A stretch of 4,015 nt of DNA from a virus (taxonomy: Duplodnaviria > Heunggongvirae > Uroviricota > Caudoviricetes): the IMG/VR virus record IMGVR_UViG_2671180846_000029; one strand, written 5' to 3'. Position 1 is the first letter of the stretch, and each line of letters opens with the position of its first letter. The position numbers and the translations under genes were made by a program. The notes beneath the pieces are model-generated. The model made no database searches. It was not told the origin of the DNA and saw only the letters and a list, made by a program, of their open reading frames with translations. Positions 1 through 4,015 of this stretch are shown one piece after another.

Positions 1-1742
1 CCAATCCGGCTGGTTGCCTCCTTCGTGAAGACAAACTCCCCGCGGTGGACAATACCGGCAGGTTCGTATTTGCCACCGGTTCCCGTAAATCCTCCGGTCG
101 CGAAATGGAAGTTCGCCGCCGCAGCCTGAATGGCCGTCCCCGTGGAGGCAGACGCCCCACCACCGAAAGCACCACCCATGGCGCTGCCAATACTCCCGAC
201 AATCCCCACCATGGCCTGCTTCAGAAAAATCTCTGTCAGCATGGAGAGCACAGAACGGGTGAAACCACGCCAGCTCTGTTCGCTGCCGGTCAGCATCGCT
301 GCCATATTCTGTGCAATACCGTCAAAGGTCTGCGTGGCCACGCTTTTAACCTGCGAAAAACTGTCCGTCGCACTTTCTGCCCACTCGCCCCAGCCGGACT
401 TCAGACCGGCCATCCAGCTTCCACGAAGCTGCTCCTCCGCAGACCAGGTGTTCTTCAGTGCAGATGTGGCCTTCGCCAGCGCATCCGGATTATCACCGTA
501 CACGTCACGAAGGCGCTGCTCTTCCGACTCCCGCTGCACCTGACGGTCGGTGAGGCCCCGCGCCTGGGCACTGATTGCCGCCTGCTTCGCGCCCTGCTGC
601 TGCTCAAACCGCGCAGCCTGCTGTGCCAGCTCATTCAGCCGTTTCTGGTGTTCAACTTTGTCTCCCAGCTCAGCCAGCTGGCGTTTGTACTCCAGCGTCT
701 CTTTCTCATGGGTCAGCAGGGATTTTTCCTGCTCAGATAACTGCCGTTTCGTGGCTGCCTCTTTCAGGACCGCATACTGATTTTCCGCTTTCCATAAATC
801 GCGACGCTGCTGGCTGATTTTCCCATTCGCACCGCTGTGTTTTTCCAGCGTCCGGAGCTCGGTTTCAAGCGCCAGCAGGGCAGCATGCGCCTGGTCTTCC
901 TGACGCTCACCGGCTGACACTTTGACTCCTGACGACTTCGGCTTTTTCAGCGTCGATTCATAATCCTTTTTCGCCGCCGCCATCAGCGTGTTGTAATCCG
1001 CCTGCAGGATTTTCCCGTCTTTCAGGGCCTTATTCAGTTCTTCCTGACGGGCGGTATATTTCTCCAGCGGCGTCAGCAGACGCTCATACGCCTTCTGCGC
1101 CTCTCCGGTATACTTCAGCTGTGATGCGTCCCGTTCGGCCCGGTCCCTGGCGGCCAGTTCACCGGCTTTTTCCATATCCGACTGCAGCGTGGCCGCTGCC
1201 AGCCCCAGACGGGCATTTTCCCGGTCATTCCATGCGCCCTGAAGGTTGGCCCGGAAAGAGGAGGTTTTACCGCGGCGCTGGCTCCGACTCTGGTACCACT
1301 GCCATTTTTTATCCGCCTCATCAAATGCCTTCTGCGCACTGGCGAGCATATCCGCTGAGGATTCCGGACGACCGATATCCAGAATGGCATCCCACATCGA
1401 TTTGAATGCCTTCCCTGTTTTATCCGCCCAGGTCTCCAGTGTTCCCATGTTTTCTTTCAGGCGACGGGTCTGCTCATCAAAGCCTTTCGTGGCGATATCG
1501 TTCGCCGCCTGCAATGCCCCGGCCTCGTCTCCGGAACGCTGCAGCTGTGCAACATACGCAATCTGCTCTGCCGTCACGTTACGGAACTGGCGCGCCATCG
1601 CCATCAGTCCCGACGTCGGGTCAGTGGTCAGCTTCCCGAAGGCTTCAGCGACTTTATCCACCTCCACACCGGATGCAGACGCAAAACGCGCGACACTCTG
1701 GTTGATGGCATCAAACTGTTCACCACCACGCACACCGGCATT
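1..1742 (-). CDS. H: Tail tape measure protein (lambda gpH family), central to C-proximal part; open at both ends (N run at 1743 and window edge at 1), about 580 codons
   Basis: The minus-strand frame with codons ending at positions congruent to 2 mod 3 is open throughout. I checked 1100-1440 codon by codon and spot-checked 1-80 and 950-990. It begins NAGVRGGEQFDAINQSVARF..., passes through ...ADYNTLMAAAKKDYESTLKK..., and ends at the window edge with ...TGGKYEPAGIVHRGEFVFTKEATSRIG, which matches the C-proximal region of lambda gpH. The track omits it because no stop falls inside the window. Confidence 0.85.
960..1742. repeat. Direct repeat copy A: diverged duplicate of the H segment also present at 1793-2553
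   Basis: By-eye alignment: 960-1120 and 1361-1742 are near-identical (scattered substitutions only) to 1793-1950 and 2176-2553. The central 1120-1360 is strongly diverged from 1950-2175. The repeat ends exactly at the N run. Confidence 0.85.
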
Positions 1743-1792
1743 NNNNNNNNNNNNNNNNNNNNNNNNNNNNNNNNNNNNNNNNNNNNNNNNNN
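1743..1792. other. Run of 50 N at the junction of the two tape-measure copies
   Basis: Exactly 50 consecutive n. The flanks are not collinear in the protein: the 1793 side ends at gpH ...AAAKK(D), and the 1742 side restarts about 275 residues earlier at NAGVRGG. Confidence 0.95.
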
Positions 1793-2553
1793 TCCTTTTT
1801 CGCCGCCGCCATCAGCGTGTTGTAATCCGCCTGCAGGATTTTCCCGTCTTTCAGTGCCTTGTTCAGTTCTTCCTGACGGGCGGTATATTTCTCCAGCGGC
1901 GTCTGCAGCCGTTTGTAAGCCTTCTGCGCCTCTTCGGTATATTTCAGCCGTGACGCTTCGGTATCGCTCTGCTGCTGCGCATTTTTGTCCTGTTGAGTCT
2001 GCTGCTCAGCCTTCTTTCGGGCGGCTTCAAGCGCAAGACGGGCCTTTTCACGATCATCCCAGTAACGCGCCCGCGCTTCATCGTTAACAAAATAATCATC
2101 CTTGCGCAGATTCCAGATGTCGTCTGCTTTCTTAAACGCAGCCTCTGCCTTAATCAGCATCTCCTGCGCGGTATCAGGACGACCAATATCCAGCACCGCA
2201 TCCCACATGGATTTGAATGCCCGTGCAGTCCTGTCTGCCCAGGTCTCCAGCGTGCCCATGTTCTCTTTCAGGCGGCGGGTCTGCTCATCAAAGCCTTTCG
2301 TGGCGATATCGTTCGCCGCCTGTAAGGCCCCGGCCTCATCACCGGAACGCTGCAGCTGCGCAACATACGCAATCTGCTCTGCCGTCACGTTACGGAACTG
2401 GCGCGCCATCGCAATCAGCCCCGACGTAGGGTCGGTGGTCAGTTTTCCGAAAGCCTCTGCAACCTTGTCCACCTCCACACCGGATGCAGAAGCAAAACGC
2501 GCGACACTCTGGTTGATGGCATCAAACTGTTCACCACCACGCACACCGGCATT
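1793..2553. repeat. Direct repeat copy B (lambda-like allele) of the H segment
   Basis: Partner of 960-1742; begins exactly at the N run. It encodes the same gpH region (NAGVRGG...MAAAKKD) as copy A. Confidence 0.85.
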
Positions 2554-3178
2554 CACCAGGGCTGCCAGTGACTCTCTCGCCTGGTTAAACGTCAGCCCTG
2601 CTGCCTGCCCGGCTCTTGAGAGAGTCAGCATACGATCGGCAGTCAGTCCGGACTGATTACCGGAAAGAACCAGGGTTTTATTAAACGCTGAAAGCGTGGA
2701 ATCCCCCTGGTACCAGGCGTACGCCAGCGCACCTGTCGCCACCGCCAGCGAGGTGACCCCGACCATCGGCAGGGTGATCGCACCGGCAAGCCCCCTGANN
2801 NNNNNNNNNNNNNNNNNNNNNNNNNNNNNNNNNNNNNNNNNNNNNNNNCATGGGGATCATCCCGCCGAAGGAGTCCTTCACCTGACCGCCCTGTTGCAGC
2901 AGGATCAGCCAGGGATTCTGACCACCGGCAAGCTGCGTGGCGATATCCGTAAACTGTGCGGGCAGGGTGCGCATGGCCGCTTTATACTGTCCGACGGAAA
3001 TCCCGGCTTTTTGCGCAGCCAGCGCCTGACGGCTCAGGCCCTGTTCAACAGCAGTGGCGGTTTTTCTGGCGTCAGTATCCAGTCCTGAAAAATGACGCCT
3101 TACCCGGCTCATCTGCTCATCGAAACGGACCGCATCCAGACTCAGGTCAATAATAAGATCACCAACCGGCTGGGACAT
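1793..3178 (-). CDS. H: Tail tape measure protein (lambda gpH family), N-terminal part: start ATG at 3178..3176, interrupted by the N run at 2799-2848, truncated by the N run at 1743-1792
   Basis: The translation from 3178 reads MSQPVGDLIIDLSLDAVRFDEQMSRVRRHFSG...QYKAAMRTLPAQFTDIATQLAGGQNPWLILLQQGGQVKDSFGGMIPM, then the N run, then (F)RGLAGAITLPMVGVTSLAVATGALAYAWYQG...LKDGKILQADYNTLMAAAKK(D). I recognise this as near-identical to lambda gpH residues 1 to about 470. Track ORFs 2681..3178 and 1720..2766 are the same gene split because the 50-N run is not a multiple of 3. Confidence 0.9.
2799..2848. other. Run of 50 N inside the H N-terminal region
   Basis: Exactly 50 consecutive n. The flanks encode ...GGMIPM and (F)RGLAGAITLPMVG, which are adjacent in lambda gpH apart from a single Phe codon. 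Confidence 0.95.
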
Positions 3179-3623
3179 ATCTCACACCTCCCGGAATCCC
3201 CGCTGAAGCCATCATTAATGCGGCATCATCCACCATGACATCCGCCACATCCGCAGACGATAAAATATCGCCCCCTCCGTCCCCACCGAACCGGACGCCT
3301 CCGGCAAGTCCTGCCGCTTTCTGCATCAGCATTTTGTCCTCATCCAGCCTCTCCACCTGCTCTTCCTCATGCCGGGGGACAAGCAGACTGAAATCAGAGG
3401 GATGCATATCCGGATCGCAAAAAAACAGGCTGAGTACAGCGTACATCAGCCCGGAAAAATGCATATCCAGTTGGGTATCCTGAAAATAATGCGTGCGGTA
3501 AAAATGTCGCCAGTCGGCATATTCGGTGGATGTCATCCCGGCAAGCATGGCGCGCCAGTCAGGCCTCCCCATCTCTCGCGCCAGTCTGAGGGCAAAATTC
3601 AGCTCGCCGTCGAAGACTTTCCC
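3159..3623 (-). CDS. T: T segment of the tail assembly chaperone G-T fusion, entered by -1 frameshift from G; stop at 3161..3159
   Basis: The minus-strand frame that is -1 relative to G is open from the slippery site down to the stop at 3161..3159. Hand translation from the heptamer gives G-K-V-F-D-G-E-L-N-F-A-L-R-L-A-R-E-M-G-R-P-D-W-R-A-M-L-A-G-M..., continuing into track ORF 3159..3572 (MGRPDWRAMLAGMTSTEYADW...). The track's Met at 3572 is internal; the segment has no start of its own, as expected for gpT. Its 3' end overlaps the H start by 20 nt. Confidence 0.82.
   Translation of the reverse strand, partial: GKVFDGELNFALRLAREMGRPDWRAMLAGMTSTEYADWRHFYRTHYFQDTQLDMHFSGLMYAVLSLFFCDPDMHPSDFSLLVPRHEEEQVERLDEDKMLMQKAAGLAGGVRFGGDGGGDILSSADVADVMVDDAALMMASAGIPGGVRYVPAGW
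3183..3191 (-). promoter_or_regulatory. Ribosome-binding site for H (GGAGG) 8 nt upstream of the ATG at 3178, inside the 3' end of T
   Basis: The minus strand reads ..TCCGGGAGGTGTGAGAT ATG; GGAGG occupies 3191..3187, with an 8-nt spacer to the start codon. Confidence 0.6.
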
Positions 3624-4015
3624 GCAGAAAAATCATCATCAGTAAGCGCGTTATTTTTCGCCACTTCGGTGATATCCGTATCCACATGAACAGCCCCGCT
3701 CATCCCGGACAGACGCAACACCACGTCTTCCGCCCGGGCAATGGCATCAGCAGGCCAGGTGGTGAGCACCTCCTGTTCGATCTGCATCACAGCCTCATTC
3801 ATTGATGGTGACTCCGTTTTCTGTGGATGGTTATGCCACAGGGACATCGCCACCAGAAACGCGCCGGTTCTGACAAGGTCTTCCACGCTCACCTGCAGGT
3901 TACCGCTGGCTTCAGCCTGTTCTGCCCGTCGTTTCAGCAGGGCAAGATGCTCGATACGCTGCAGCGCAGACAGCTCGGAAAGCGTGACGGACACACCGTT
4001 ATATTCAAATTGTTC
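3599..4015 (-). CDS. G: Tail assembly chaperone G (lambda gpG family); 5' end outside the window, stop codon at 3601..3599
   Basis: The minus-strand translation (track ORF 3599..3994) reads MSVTLSELSALQRIEHLALLKRRAEQAE...GAFLVAMSLWHNHPQKT...EQEVLTTWP, which I recognise as lambda gpG. The frame stays open upstream to the window edge (EQFEYNGVSVTLSEL), so the Met at 3994 is internal and the true start lies beyond 4015. The slippery site sits 5 codons before the stop, as in lambda. Confidence 0.88.
   Translation of the reverse strand, partial: EQFEYNGVSVTLSELSALQRIEHLALLKRRAEQAEASGNLQVSVEDLVRTGAFLVAMSLWHNHPQKTESPSMNEAVMQIEQEVLTTWPADAIARAEDVVLRLSGMSGAVHVDTDITEVAKNNALTDDDFSAGKSSTAS
3617..3623 (-). 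promoter_or_regulatory. -1 programmed ribosomal frameshift slippery heptamer G_GGA_AAG (G to G-T)
   Basis: The plus strand reads ctttccc at 3617-3623, which is GGGAAAG on the minus strand, positioned in the G zero frame as G GGA AAG (codons ..gcG GGA AAG..). It lies 5 codons upstream of the G stop, and the -1 frame is open for about 155 codons downstream. This matches the known lambda G/GT frameshift arrangement. Confidence 0.85.

Noticed and set aside
45-740. Plus-strand ORF of 231 aa, with overlapping plus-strand ORFs at 130..543, 550..780 and 575..817
   Set aside because: All are antisense to the continuous gpH reading frame. Their translations are low-complexity and rich in Arg, Pro and Leu, as expected for the reverse strand of a GC-rich coding region, and they resemble nothing I recognise.
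1115-1390. Minus-strand ORF of 91 aa
   Set aside because: It is in a different frame from the verified gpH reading frame, which is open across this whole interval, so it is an out-of-frame artefact.
1246-1953. Plus-strand ORF of 235 aa that runs through the N run
   Set aside because: It is antisense to H and is only open because the N run translates as X. The similar plus-strand ORF at 2102..2656 is simply its counterpart on the other repeat copy.
960-2553. Possibility that the repeats are a CRISPR array, terminal repeats of a mobile element, or an insertion sequence
   Set aside because: The repeat units are about 760 bp of protein-coding sequence in frame with gpH, with no short repeat-spacer periodicity, no inverted terminal repeats and no transposase ORF.
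2681-3178. Track ORFs 2681..3178 and 1720..2766 read as two separate, overlapping genes
   Set aside because: They are one gene, H. The apparent overlap and C-terminal junk (QGACRCDHPADG...) arise because the 50-N run shifts the frame.
3572-3572. Met at 3572 as an independent start for T
   Set aside because: The frame is open upstream to the slippery site, and lambda T has no initiation codon of its own; it is made only as the G-T fusion.
3235-3689. Plus-strand ORFs at 3235..3483 and 3369..3689
   Set aside because: They are antisense to T and to the end of G, and have no independent support.

Overview
The window is the tail-morphogenesis block of a lambda-like (lambdoid siphovirus) prophage, encoded entirely on the minus strand. 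Reading 5'->3' on the minus strand (right to left): the 3' part of the tail assembly chaperone gene G (its start lies beyond position 4015), the T frame reached by the conserved -1 programmed frameshift (slippery heptamer GGGAAAG at 3623..3617), then the tape measure gene H, which starts at 3178 and runs out of the window at position 1. H is not clean. Two runs of exactly 50 N (1743-1792 and 2799-2848) interrupt it, and the sequence on either side of the first N run is a diverged direct duplication of about 760 bp of H (960-1742 versus 1793-2553), so the same region of the protein is encoded twice. I identified the genes by translating the minus strand myself and recognising the lambda gpG, gpT and gpH protein sequences from memory; no database search was run. 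Every plus-strand ORF in the track is antisense to these genes and I regard them as spurious. I see no RNA genes, CRISPR array, defence system or other novel system; the items worth a second look are the duplicated, module-swapped tape measure segment and the two N runs.
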